A stretch of 64,000 nucleotides of DNA from contig CALCSS010000050.1 in NCBI GenBank assembly GCA_937893835.1, positions 5,456-69,455 of the forward strand, given 5' to 3'. A program made the translations under genes and the position numbers. The notes beneath the pieces were generated by a model. The model worked only from the letters and a program-made list of their open reading frames with translations. It was not told the DNA's origin and ran no database searches. Positions 54,373 through 63,397 of the stretch are shown in pieces; within the stretch, counting starts at the first letter, position 1, and each line of letters begins with the position of its first letter. This DNA comes from an uncultured Fidelibacterota bacterium. Its GTDB lineage: Bacteria > Fidelibacterota > Marinisomatia > Marinisomatales > UBA1611.

Positions 54373-55170
54373 ATGGCAATTCCAGAAAATGTGGCAGGTC
54401 AAATTTCCACTCGTTGTCTACGTTGCTATGATGAGCAGCAATGGTATGGAGAAAATTTTCTCTTTGATCATATTGGTGATATGGATGTAAATGGAAAAAG
54501 AATATTGGAGATTGGGTGTGCAGAAGCAGGATTAATGAAATTCTACAAAGACAAAGGAGCCATTTGTTCTGGATTAGAATTATCAGATATAAGATTCAAG
54601 AACGCGGTTTTATTGAATGAAGATAGTTCCATTCATCTTTTTCAAGCTGATATCTGTAAACCATCATCCTATAAGAATGAAATAAAAGATAAATATGATA
54701 CAATAATCATTCGTGATGTTATTGAGCATATTCCCGATCAGGAACGGGCTCTTAAGAACATATACGCTCTCTTGAATCCAGGTGGAAAATTATTTATGTC
54801 CTTCCCTCCAAAGTATTGTGCCTATGCTGGCCATCAACAGACCATACCAAAGCTATTGGGTAAGTTGCCGTACTTGCACCTAATTCCTGATTCCTTTTAC
54901 GTCTTCTACCTGAGGTTTATAGGCTGCCCAGAGAAGAAGATCCAATATTTAATTAGTACAAAAAAAACTAGGGTCTCAATAGGTAAAATGAAAAAGATCA
55001 TCAATACTATTGGTTATAATATCAAAAAAGAAAGCAATTGGTTTATAAGACCTGCGTACTCATTTCGCTTTGGCCTTCCTAAAATCATAAACCCATTTTC
55101 ATGGATACCAGTATTTAATGAAATATTTTGCAATGGTATCTTATTCCTTCTTATAAAGGAGAATGATTAG
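54373..55170 (+). CDS. Class I SAM-dependent methyltransferase
   Basis: Motif I is ILEIGCAEAGL, with an acidic loop GLELS and post-motif DTIIIRDVIEHI. The track start is TTG 54367; ATG 54373 is two codons later. Confidence 0.7.
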   Translation: MAIPENVAGQISTRCLRCYDEQQWYGENFLFDHIGDMDVNGKRILEIGCAEAGLMKFYKDKGAICSGLELSDIRFKNAVLLNEDSSIHLFQADICKPSSYKNEIKDKYDTIIIRDVIEHIPDQERALKNIYALLNPGGKLFMSFPPKYCAYAGHQQTIPKLLGKLPYLHLIPDSFYVFYLRFIGCPEKKIQYLISTKKTRVSIGKMKKIINTIGYNIKKESNWFIRPAYSFRFGLPKIINPFSWIPVFNEIFCNGILFLLIKEND

Positions 55171-55684
55171 GATGGAATGGTTAGGAGTATTATTACTTTA
55201 CCTCATTTCGGGGTTTTTGAAAAAACGTGAACAAAATAAAAAACAAAGAGAAATTGAATCTGATCCAAATTGGGATGATGTGGATCCCATAGAAAAGGAA
55301 GAACCATCAAATGATATAGAACAGTTATTAAATGATCTATTTGAACAAAACCCAAAGGTATCTCAACCCTATTCTGATGTGAAGGAGGTCTTGGGGACAG
55401 AAGAAGATGATCTGTTATCTGAAAATCTTGATCAAGAATCCGGTGAAATGATTGAAAAAGAAATCATTCCCGAAGATGACCGAACTATGATCGATGCTCA
55501 ACTTGAAGATTTTGAGGATAATATTTATCATTCCAAACTCGCTGAAAGAGAAGAGTTGCATTATGGTAATAAGTGGCTGCGGCGGGTCAATCTCAAAGAA
55601 GAATTATTTAGAACAAAGCGATCTTTACGGAGATCCATAATAATAAAAGAGATCTTGGATAAACCTATCGGAATGAGAGATTAG
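55163..55684 (+). CDS. Hypothetical protein: N-terminal TM, highly acidic middle, basic C-terminus
   Basis: 173 aa. The N-terminus is MEWLGVLLLYLISGFL, followed by a long D/E-rich region. The C-terminus is RSLRRSIIIKEILDKPIGMRD. There is an 8-nt overlap with the methyltransferase gene and a 4-nt convergent overlap with coaE. Confidence 0.5.
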   Translation: MIRMEWLGVLLLYLISGFLKKREQNKKQREIESDPNWDDVDPIEKEEPSNDIEQLLNDLFEQNPKVSQPYSDVKEVLGTEEDDLLSENLDQESGEMIEKEIIPEDDRTMIDAQLEDFEDNIYHSKLAEREELHYGNKWLRRVNLKEELFRTKRSLRRSIIIKEILDKPIGMRD

Positions 55685-56274
55685 GCTAAAAGAGCATATA
55701 CTTTTTTTGATTCAGTAATAAGATCGTCTTTTGTGCCATTGTTGTGGATAACAAAGTCTGCCATATGGACCTTATCCTCATCAGGCCATTGTAAATCAAG
55801 CCTTCGCAAAAACTCATCTCTTGTTAGGCCACCTCTTTCCATGACTCTTTCAGTGCGCAATCTTAGGTGGCTTGTGATCACTACTACATAATCCATATGC
55901 GTATCAGCGCCAGATTCATATATTAGTGCTGCATCAACACAAAATATTTCGTGTTGTCCTTTTTCCAGAATCAGGTCAAAACTATTATCAATATTTGTAA
56001 ATACATACGGATGGATGATCGTATTCAATCTTAACTGATGATCTTCATCTTGGAAGGCTATTCTTGCAAGTTTTGATTTTTCTATCTTTCCTTCTCTATT
56101 TAGTATATCTGTGCCAAACTCAGCTATGATCTCACCCTGAGCGGTCTCATTCTTATATAAAATGTCTTTTGCAATAGAGTCTGCATCAAATATGTATGCT
56201 CCCCACTCTCCGAATAGAGAACTGACCGAAGATTTTCCGGATCCAATACCGCCTGTTAATCCTATTTTTAGCAT
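55681..56274 (-). CDS. coaE: Dephospho-CoA kinase
   Basis: 197 aa. The P-loop is IGLTGGIGSGKSSV, with a typical DADSIAK context. Confidence 0.9.
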   Translation of the reverse strand: MLKIGLTGGIGSGKSSVSSLFGEWGAYIFDADSIAKDILYKNETAQGEIIAEFGTDILNREGKIEKSKLARIAFQDEDHQLRLNTIIHPYVFTNIDNSFDLILEKGQHEIFCVDAALIYESGADTHMDYVVVITSHLRLRTERVMERGGLTRDEFLRRLDLQWPDEDKVHMADFVIHNNGTKDDLITESKKVYALLA

Positions 56275-56276
56275 GG

Positions 56277-56837
56277 CTATTTAATTGTTATTAATATTCT
56301 ATCTGTGATCTCTTCTATTTCGCCAAGTCCATCGATGTTTTTCAACAACCCCTTTTTATTATAAAAGTCTAACAATGGTTCAGTTTTCTCCCAATAGATT
56401 TTTTGCCGTTTGCGTATCACCGCAGAATTATCATCACTCCTACCAGATTCCAGTCCTCGTTTTACAAGCCTATCTACAAGCTCATCCTCATCAGCTGATA
56501 GGCTAATGACCTTATCAAGTACCTGGTCACTTTCGTTCATTATGATCTCAAATCCTATTGCTTGATCTAGTGTTCTTGGGAATCCATCTAGGATATATCC
56601 ATTATCACAATCAGTTTTTTTTAGTCTATCTCTAACTATGTCGAGCAAGAACTCATCTGGTACAAGTTTACCTTTGTCTATGAATTTTTTAGCAATGATA
56701 CCCACATCTGTTTTTGCGCGGATCTCCGTACGCAATAAATCTCCAGTTGAAATATGTGCTATTTCCAATTCATGGTTTATTCTTTTGGCTTGTGTACCCT
56801 TTCCAACCCCCGGAGGGCCCATGATCAATAATCTCAT
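56277..56837 (-). CDS. adk: Adenylate kinase (short-LID form)
   Basis: 186 aa. Motifs are LLIMGPPGVGKGTQAKRI, ISTGDLLR and GYILDGFPRT. No Cys4 zinc lid is present. Confidence 0.95.
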   Translation of the reverse strand: MRLLIMGPPGVGKGTQAKRINHELEIAHISTGDLLRTEIRAKTDVGIIAKKFIDKGKLVPDEFLLDIVRDRLKKTDCDNGYILDGFPRTLDQAIGFEIIMNESDQVLDKVISLSADEDELVDRLVKRGLESGRSDDNSAVIRKRQKIYWEKTEPLLDFYNKKGLLKNIDGLGEIEEITDRILITIK

Positions 56838-56847
56838 ATTATATCCA

Positions 56848-58068
56848 TCATAATAAAAACCCAGCGATCGTTGCAGTTAACCAAGATGCAAGTGCACCGC
56901 CTATCATCGCCTTTAGTGCCAATTTTGAAAGGTCCTTTCTTCTATGTGGTGCCATTCCTCCGATTCCACCAAGCTGTATTCCAATGGAGCCAAAATTAGC
57001 AAATCCACACAGGGCATAACTGGCGATCACAGCAGTTCGCTCTGAGATCTGATTATTAGCAATAAGGTCGCTAAGATTAGAATAGGCGATCAATTCCGTT
57101 AGAACGATCTTTTCACCCATCAAAGTTCCCAGGGTTCTTGCCTCATCCCAAGGTACGCCCATGGTCCAGGCCAAAGGTTGGAAAATCACTCCCATCAACT
57201 GCTGCATATTGATAGAAAATAAATATTCTAAAGAATAATTTACCATAGTTATGATCGATACGAATGCAATTAGCATGGCAGCAACATTGGCAGCAAGTTT
57301 TAGACCGTCAGTTGCTCCTTGACCCAATGCATCCATTGCATTCTCTGCTTGTTTATCGATTGTTATTTGTATGTCACCCAATGTATTGGCTTGTTCTGTC
57401 TCAGGATATATTATTTTTGCTATGACCAATGCTGCTGGTGCAGACATAATGCTTGCAGCCAAGAGATGGCCAGCGATCCCAGGGATGGATTGAAGCCATA
57501 GAACATAAAGGGCAAGTACAGACCCGGCAGCCGTTGCAAATCCACCTGTCATGACAGCCATCAATTCTGATTTGGTCATACTGTTTATGAATGGTCGAAT
57601 CAAAATAGGTGCCTCGGTCTGGCCAACAAAAATGTTTGCAGATATGCTTAATGTCTCTGCGCCACTTGTCTTCATGCTTAGTTCCATGATCTTTGCAACC
57701 CACTTTACAATGAATTGAATTATGCCAAAATGGTAAGTCACGGCTATCAGACTAGAAAAGAATATGATCACAGGCAATGCACGAAAAGCAAAATTGACCA
57801 TAGCAGCATGATAGCCAATTTCTGGAATGAATGATGTGAATAGGAAATTACTCCCTGCATCGGAAAAACTAATTAACTTTTTAAAGATAGTATCGATATT
57901 GGAAAATTGAGACCTTACAAATGGGATCTTTAGGATAATGACCGCGAATAATAATTGTAGTCCAATGCCCCATATGACTGTATGAGCCTTTATTGCCTTA
58001 CGGTTATTGGATAATAAAAAAGCAATACCCAAAAGGACGACAATCCCAAGAAGACCAGTAATCCTCAT
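56848..58068 (-). CDS. nupC: Concentrative nucleoside transporter (NupC/CNT family)
   Basis: 406 aa, polytopic. The CNT signature near the C-terminus is ALCGFANFGSIGIQLGG. Confidence 0.88.
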   Translation of the reverse strand: MRITGLLGIVVLLGIAFLLSNNRKAIKAHTVIWGIGLQLLFAVIILKIPFVRSQFSNIDTIFKKLISFSDAGSNFLFTSFIPEIGYHAAMVNFAFRALPVIIFFSSLIAVTYHFGIIQFIVKWVAKIMELSMKTSGAETLSISANIFVGQTEAPILIRPFINSMTKSELMAVMTGGFATAAGSVLALYVLWLQSIPGIAGHLLAASIMSAPAALVIAKIIYPETEQANTLGDIQITIDKQAENAMDALGQGATDGLKLAANVAAMLIAFVSIITMVNYSLEYLFSINMQQLMGVIFQPLAWTMGVPWDEARTLGTLMGEKIVLTELIAYSNLSDLIANNQISERTAVIASYALCGFANFGSIGIQLGGIGGMAPHRRKDLSKLALKAMIGGALASWLTATIAGFLL

Positions 58069-58634
58069 TGTAGATTTTCCTTAGGTGGTTGGAAGCAATT
58101 TCTACACCTTGCCTCATATTTATCAAGTTCTCCGATCACAACCTGATCAGAATCATCAGAAGTTCTTTGGCTGTAGGATGCAGGATTTCCGCATATGACA
58201 CAGATTGCTCTTAATTTATCTATATATTCTGCTTCGCACATGATGTCTGGCATGGGTCCGAATGGTAAGCCTCTATAATCAGTGTCAAGGCCCGCAACAA
58301 TAACACGTTTCTTATCAGCAGCCAATTCTTTACAAACACTCACTATGGAATGATCAAAGAATTGTGCCTCATCGATGCCTATTACATCATGCTTTTTTGA
58401 CATCTTTATTATTTCTTCAGGACTGTCTGTGATAAAAGACATCATTTTTAACTTATTATGGCTAACTATGTGGTCCTTTTCATAGCGAGAGTCTATATTT
58501 GGTTTGAAGATAGATATGGACATTTTGGCGATTTCTGCCCTACGTAGTCTACGCATCAATTCTTCGGTCTTACCTGAGAACATACTACCGCAAATGACCT
58601 CGATCCAACCAGAGTTTGTAGGAGTTAATGTCAT
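58065..58634 (-). CDS. tdk: Thymidine kinase
   Basis: 189 aa. The P-loop is GSMFSGKTEELMRR, with the motif IGIDEAQFF and the zinc ligands CVICGNPA..CRNC. Confidence 0.95.
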   Translation of the reverse strand: MTLTPTNSGWIEVICGSMFSGKTEELMRRLRRAEIAKMSISIFKPNIDSRYEKDHIVSHNKLKMMSFITDSPEEIIKMSKKHDVIGIDEAQFFDHSIVSVCKELAADKKRVIVAGLDTDYRGLPFGPMPDIMCEAEYIDKLRAICVICGNPASYSQRTSDDSDQVVIGELDKYEARCRNCFQPPKENLQ

Positions 58635-59245
58635 ATCACAAATAAATCGATTCTTTCTTTGATATTATTAATGATCATATTGATATCATCATTGCCATTA
58701 ATAATGAGGTCAGCATATTTTTTGGAAGGTTCAATGAATTTTTCATGCATTGGAAGAACTGTTGAGTCATACTGTTTTTTTACGGATTCGAGCGTCCGCC
58801 CCCTTTCCCTGACATCTCGATTTGATCTTCTTTCAAAGCGAATATTTTCCGGTGTCTCAATAAATATTTTTATCATATATAATTTACGAAGTTGTGCGTA
58901 ATGGAGTGCAAAAATTCCCTCTAGAATTATTATTTTTGATTTAGAGATGGTTGTTGTCTCCTTAAGTCTAATATGTTTCGAAAAATCATAGGTAGGGACA
59001 TTGATATCAGACCCTTCTGATACTTGTCTTAAATGATCTTCAATTAGATCAATATCAATGGAGCTCGGATGATCAAAGTTTTGCTTTATTCGATCCCTAT
59101 AGTCCATATGGATCAGATCTTTATAATAAGAGTCCAGATTAATTGAAATGATATCACCTTCAGGATATGCTTCTAATAAGTTATTTACAGTGAATGTTTT
59201 CCCAGCACCTGTTCCACCAGAAATGCCTAGGATAATTGGTCTCAT
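58631..59245 (-). CDS. udk: Uridine/cytidine kinase
   Basis: 204 aa. The P-loop is ILGISGGTGAGKTF, with motifs DSYYKD, NFDHPSS and ILEGIFALH. Confidence 0.88.
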   Translation of the reverse strand: MRPIILGISGGTGAGKTFTVNNLLEAYPEGDIISINLDSYYKDLIHMDYRDRIKQNFDHPSSIDIDLIEDHLRQVSEGSDINVPTYDFSKHIRLKETTTISKSKIIILEGIFALHYAQLRKLYMIKIFIETPENIRFERRSNRDVRERGRTLESVKKQYDSTVLPMHEKFIEPSKKYADLIINGNDDINMIINNIKERIDLFVI

Positions 59246-59625
59246 TTCAAAAAGGTCTCATCAAATGCATCAGGTAGTAGATCAGATGCGTGAATAGTTT
59301 TTAATAGTTTGTCCTTATCGCAGATGTGTACTGTTATGTCCTTGCACAGATCCCAAATGACCTGCCTACAAGCCCCACATGGCATTCCTCCATTCTCTGT
59401 TGACACGGCTAAAGATGTAAATTTTCTATGTCCTTCTGAAATTGCTCGAAACAAGGCAGTTCTTTCTGCACAACATGTTAATCCATAACTTGAGGACTCT
59501 ACATTGCAGCCACCAATAATTTCTCCTGTATCGGTCTCCACTGCCGCACCCACCTCATAATTTGAATATGGCGCATATGCCTTTTCACGCATATTAATGG
59601 CTGTTTTAATTAGTTCTTTATTCAA
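59242..59625 (-). CDS. cdd: Cytidine deaminase (short homotetrameric type)
   Basis: 127 aa. Motifs are YSNYEVGAAV, CAERTALF and PCGACRQ. Confidence 0.93.
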   Translation of the reverse strand: MNKELIKTAINMREKAYAPYSNYEVGAAVETDTGEIIGGCNVESSSYGLTCCAERTALFRAISEGHRKFTSLAVSTENGGMPCGACRQVIWDLCKDITVHICDKDKLLKTIHASDLLPDAFDETFLK

Positions 59626-59626
59626 C

Positions 59627-60277
59627 TTATTTTAAATGAAAAGTTTGAAAAAATTTCAATGATCCTATGCCTACGATAAATCCACCTATGTGAGCAAACC
59701 AAGCCACTCCGCCAGTGGTATCTATGCCCAAACTACTAAGACCTCCTGATAGTTGCATTATAAACCATAGCCCAAGCACTATTTGGGCAGGAACGATGAA
59801 TGTGGTGATAAAAATGATGATCACTGCAAAAACATGAACCCTTGCTTTTGGAAACTTGACCATATAGGCTCCCAAGACCCCTGCAATCGCCCCACTTGCT
59901 CCGACCATTGGCACTGCAGATGTTGGTTCAATTAGAAATTGTGCCATTGCAGCTCCGATGCCGCAGAACAGGTAAAAATACAAATACCGAACGTGTCCGA
60001 GTATGCTCTCGACATTATCTCCAAAAATATACAAGAACCACATATTTCCAACAATATGCCAAAGTCCACCATGCATGAACATGGATGTCATGATATTGAT
60101 AGGATTGAACTCATTAGGTACAAAGCCAAAACGAAATATTATTTTTTGACCTAAATGAGGATTGTTTCCTGTGAAATGGAATTGCAATAAAAATACCAAA
60201 ATGTTCACTGCAATGATCGAGTAGGTTATAATGGGAAAGAGAACTCGAGGATTGTCGTCTTTATAGGGAAATAACAC
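59627..60277 (-). CDS. Rhomboid-family intramembrane serine protease
   Basis: 216 aa with 6 TM. Motifs are MFMHGGLWHIVGNMWFLYIFG, the catalytic GASGAIAGVLGAY and HIGGF. The GTG start overlaps the upstream stop by 1 nt. Confidence 0.9.
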   Translation of the reverse strand: MLFPYKDDNPRVLFPIITYSIIAVNILVFLLQFHFTGNNPHLGQKIIFRFGFVPNEFNPINIMTSMFMHGGLWHIVGNMWFLYIFGDNVESILGHVRYLYFYLFCGIGAAMAQFLIEPTSAVPMVGASGAIAGVLGAYMVKFPKARVHVFAVIIIFITTFIVPAQIVLGLWFIMQLSGGLSSLGIDTTGGVAWFAHIGGFIVGIGSLKFFQTFHLK

Positions 60278-62571
60278 TAATAAATAGAAAAATAGATGGT
60301 TTCATTTGATTCATTTCCCATACGGTCTTGAACCTTGAACTCGATCTTATGTGGCCCTTTTTGCAGTGGTTGGTCAAAATTATATGTGATGGTCTTTTTT
60401 ATTGGTTGGTAAGCAGGATATAGAATATCATCATTAAACAAAAGATCGAATGAATCTTCCTCTGGGGCAATTCCTGAGATCAGATCATCTACCTTGATCA
60501 CAATCTTGTCTATATCCCCCAAGTGGTATTGACCACCATTACCAGGGAATGTACTTTTTATTTTTGGAGAATCAAGATCTTGTATGACCGTGACTGCATC
60601 CATCCTATCAAGTTCTGCTGTCAGTATTTGTTTTCGTTTGTTATTGATCGTTTCTACATAGGTCCATTTTTCAGATTTAGGGTCGAAATAATAGATTCCA
60701 AGATTAGAGTGTTCCGCCAGATCACGTTCATAGCGAATACCAACTTGAAAATTCCCCTTTAGAGCTAGATCAAAAGGCTGAAGTTGATATACTGGAGACA
60801 TATGAAATCCGCTTTCTACTTTGGCAAACTCCTTTACCTTGTCAATCCAGACAACGCTATTTTGGAAGAAGGTTCCAGGTAGCGTTTTTATGGAACAATC
60901 CCTATCATTGGAAAATGCAAAGTATTCTTCTCCTGGACTCACAAATTGCATCAAGTAATGGAAGCGAGTCTCTCTGGACAGATCCTCATTTTGTAATTCT
61001 ATATCAACATAGGTCATGTTGTTCACGATGTTGTGAGATAATTTTTCTGTCAAAAAGGTATTTGGACCGATCTGATTCATGGGGTAGGACATAAAGGTGT
61101 TATCATTGGCCAATCTCATGGTCACCTTTGCAGGTACATAGTGGTCGATGTCTACTTGAAAAAATAATCCTCTTTGTGTATTGGAGATCTTCAGTTCTGG
61201 GTGCACATCTACAACGCTGATCTCTGGTTTGACATCTGTCCAGTGGTAGGGGTCTATCATCCCTCCCAATTGATTGATGCCAATTATTTGCAAGACCCGG
61301 TCCTTAATGGATCTTAATGGTAGTGTGACATGAAGATCTTTTTTCACTTGTTCTGAATGAAGGATCTCAACCTTTTGATCAGTGAAACCATACTTTGTGA
61401 AATTGTATATAACAGCGTCACGTATGGACAGACCTCCTCTTTTAGGTGCCAAGGCAAGTATGATGACCTTGTCATCTCTGAATATCTCATTTGCTTCAAG
61501 GGTCATCGGGAAAGTCGCAGCGACAGTACCCTTTACAATGGTCTTGTTTCCCTTGGCATCCAGTATATGTATCTCAATGGAATGAACTCCCGGAGCCAGA
61601 CCCAAGATTCCCGAGGTCTCTGATACATGCAAAGAGATCTTCTTGTGTTCGGGGAGTCGGTATAGTTTTTGAAATTCACCTAGATTTTGCCTCTTTAGAT
61701 CATACTGTATCATTGTTTTGGCAAATTTTCCCTGTTTGAATGGGATTTGGTCATAGTTGAGCTCAAACTCCAACTTCCCATCGACCAAGAGTTCTATTCT
61801 ATGAAATTGGTATATATTATTGGTCCCCTCACGTTTATCAACAGCATTCATGGCAAATCCAAACTCTCCAAAGACACTTATGGTATCTGCAAAGTGGTAG
61901 ACTCCACCTTTATCACGAAAGAGTGGGAATGTTTGGATCAAGGGGCTGGCATTTATCATTGCACTCTGTGATAATGGTATCACTGCCAGTTCTCTAGCGA
62001 ACGGGGTCATTTGATCTTCTAGTTCAAAGGCCATGGTCAGTGGGTTTAGTGGTACGCTTTTGCCATCACGATATTCAAAATGAAGATGAGGAGCAAAAGA
62101 ATTTCCTGTATTACCTGAGTATCCTATCAGGTCTCCCTTTTTGACTTGAAACTCCCTTGATGAGAATTGAGTGTCCACAATGTAACTGCGTCGTTTTGCC
62201 TGTTGCAGTCTCCATACCTTTTCCATTACAGGTGTGAAAGACTCCAGGTGCCCATAGACCACCTCATGGCCTGAGTTGGTCCTCTGATAAAGAGACTTTC
62301 CATATCCCTCATAATTTGATCGGATACGACTGATGTAACCATCCTCAACGGCCAACACCTCCATGCCTATCTTACCATTTGTCTTTATATCAAGACCCAT
62401 ATGAAAATGGTCGTCCCTATTCTCACCGAAATTTGACGAGAAGTATTTACCCAATGTAGTGGGCCAGAGAACATCCTGCGAGAATGCAGGTGCAATGAGG
62501 GTCAGAGCAATTGATACTAAGTGTATTTTCATGATTGGATTGTTATGCCGCAATTTATTTAGGACAGACAC
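60277..62571 (-). CDS. M23-family metallopeptidase with ~560-aa C-terminal extension ending in an Ig-like module
   Basis: 764 aa with a signal peptide. The M23 zinc motifs are HMGLD (H-x3-D) and HLHFEY (H-x-H), both in the first ~180 aa. The remainder is unassigned beta-rich sequence. The last ~90 aa (..KGPHKIEFKVQDRMGNESNETIYFSIY) look like a bacterial Ig-like domain. Confidence 0.8.
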   Translation of the reverse strand: MSVLNKLRHNNPIMKIHLVSIALTLIAPAFSQDVLWPTTLGKYFSSNFGENRDDHFHMGLDIKTNGKIGMEVLAVEDGYISRIRSNYEGYGKSLYQRTNSGHEVVYGHLESFTPVMEKVWRLQQAKRRSYIVDTQFSSREFQVKKGDLIGYSGNTGNSFAPHLHFEYRDGKSVPLNPLTMAFELEDQMTPFARELAVIPLSQSAMINASPLIQTFPLFRDKGGVYHFADTISVFGEFGFAMNAVDKREGTNNIYQFHRIELLVDGKLEFELNYDQIPFKQGKFAKTMIQYDLKRQNLGEFQKLYRLPEHKKISLHVSETSGILGLAPGVHSIEIHILDAKGNKTIVKGTVAATFPMTLEANEIFRDDKVIILALAPKRGGLSIRDAVIYNFTKYGFTDQKVEILHSEQVKKDLHVTLPLRSIKDRVLQIIGINQLGGMIDPYHWTDVKPEISVVDVHPELKISNTQRGLFFQVDIDHYVPAKVTMRLANDNTFMSYPMNQIGPNTFLTEKLSHNIVNNMTYVDIELQNEDLSRETRFHYLMQFVSPGEEYFAFSNDRDCSIKTLPGTFFQNSVVWIDKVKEFAKVESGFHMSPVYQLQPFDLALKGNFQVGIRYERDLAEHSNLGIYYFDPKSEKWTYVETINNKRKQILTAELDRMDAVTVIQDLDSPKIKSTFPGNGGQYHLGDIDKIVIKVDDLISGIAPEEDSFDLLFNDDILYPAYQPIKKTITYNFDQPLQKGPHKIEFKVQDRMGNESNETIYFSIY

Positions 62572-62656
62572 GGGTTAACAATGAGGGATTTGTTTCATTA
62601 TCATACTTACAGTAAACTCCATAAAATCATTTAATCGATAAAATAAGGAATGAAAA

Positions 62657-63346
62657 ATGAAGAGATTGATCACAGTTTTTTTAATTAGTTTGATTCCAAC
62701 TTCCATATTTGCAATCGGAGGGCTTGGATTGCAACTCGGCCAAGGTTCATTTAGCGTGGATGCCTCATCCCCTGAGACTGGTATCCCTGGTGTTACTCTC
62801 ATGAATGGTGCATTTGATGGGTCGGGAGCCATCGGAGGGTATGTATATATTGACCTGATTCCATTCGTTGATGTTGAATTTGACTTTAATATTCAGGCCA
62901 ATACGTATGACATTGAGTTTCAAAATGCCTTTGGAGACATGCCACCTTTAAATTTTGGCTGGCTAAGTGGGAATACTTATACAACAGTTAGAAAAAAGGT
63001 TGTTGGGCTTTCCATTCCTTTCTTGGCTGGAGCACAGCTCCACGCAGGTGCAGGTCTTAATACACACTCAACCATGCCAATTGCTGACGTTGACATGGTC
63101 ACAAAATTGCTTGGAGGAGACCTGTTGAACGCTGACCCTTCTTCATTAGACCAAACATTGCTTTCCTATTTGGAAGATGAAAATAATCGTGTAGATGCAT
63201 CAGGTTTTCACATTCAGACCGGTCTCCAATTCAAATTGTTGATGATTGACACCTTTTTGATCTATCGACATACATTTGTCGAAGATGTCATCCCTGGTTC
63301 AAAGACGTTTGGCACATTGAACATGCGACTGGGATTTGGGCTATAA
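62657..63346 (+). CDS. Hypothetical outer-membrane beta-barrel protein
   Basis: 229 aa with signal peptide MKRLITVFLISLIPTSIFA. It has Gly/aromatic-rich alternating strands and a C-terminal ..NMRLGFGL. It is followed by a strong terminator. Confidence 0.5.
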   Translation: MKRLITVFLISLIPTSIFAIGGLGLQLGQGSFSVDASSPETGIPGVTLMNGAFDGSGAIGGYVYIDLIPFVDVEFDFNIQANTYDIEFQNAFGDMPPLNFGWLSGNTYTTVRKKVVGLSIPFLAGAQLHAGAGLNTHSTMPIADVDMVTKLLGGDLLNADPSSLDQTLLSYLEDENNRVDASGFHIQTGLQFKLLMIDTFLIYRHTFVEDVIPGSKTFGTLNMRLGFGL

Positions 63347-63367
63347 TATAAGCTAGATGAAAAGTGT

Positions 63368-63396
63368 AAAAGGGGGTGGTTTCCACCCCTTTTTTA
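63368..63396. terminator. Bidirectional Rho-independent terminator
   Basis: aaaa GGGGTGG ttt CCACCCC tttttt: a perfect 7-bp GC-rich stem (63373-63379 / 63383-63389) with flanking A and T runs, between convergent genes. Confidence 0.85.
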
Positions 63397-63397
63397 T

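Noticed and set aside
59627-60277. The idea that the rhomboid is a rhombosortase processing the cadherin-like surface protein (1..2682) through a GlyGly-CTERM signal.
   Set aside because: The surface protein's C-terminus lacks the Gly-Gly motif and the basic tail that define GlyGly-CTERM. The genes are 57 kb apart, and the rhomboid looks like a generic GlpG-type enzyme.
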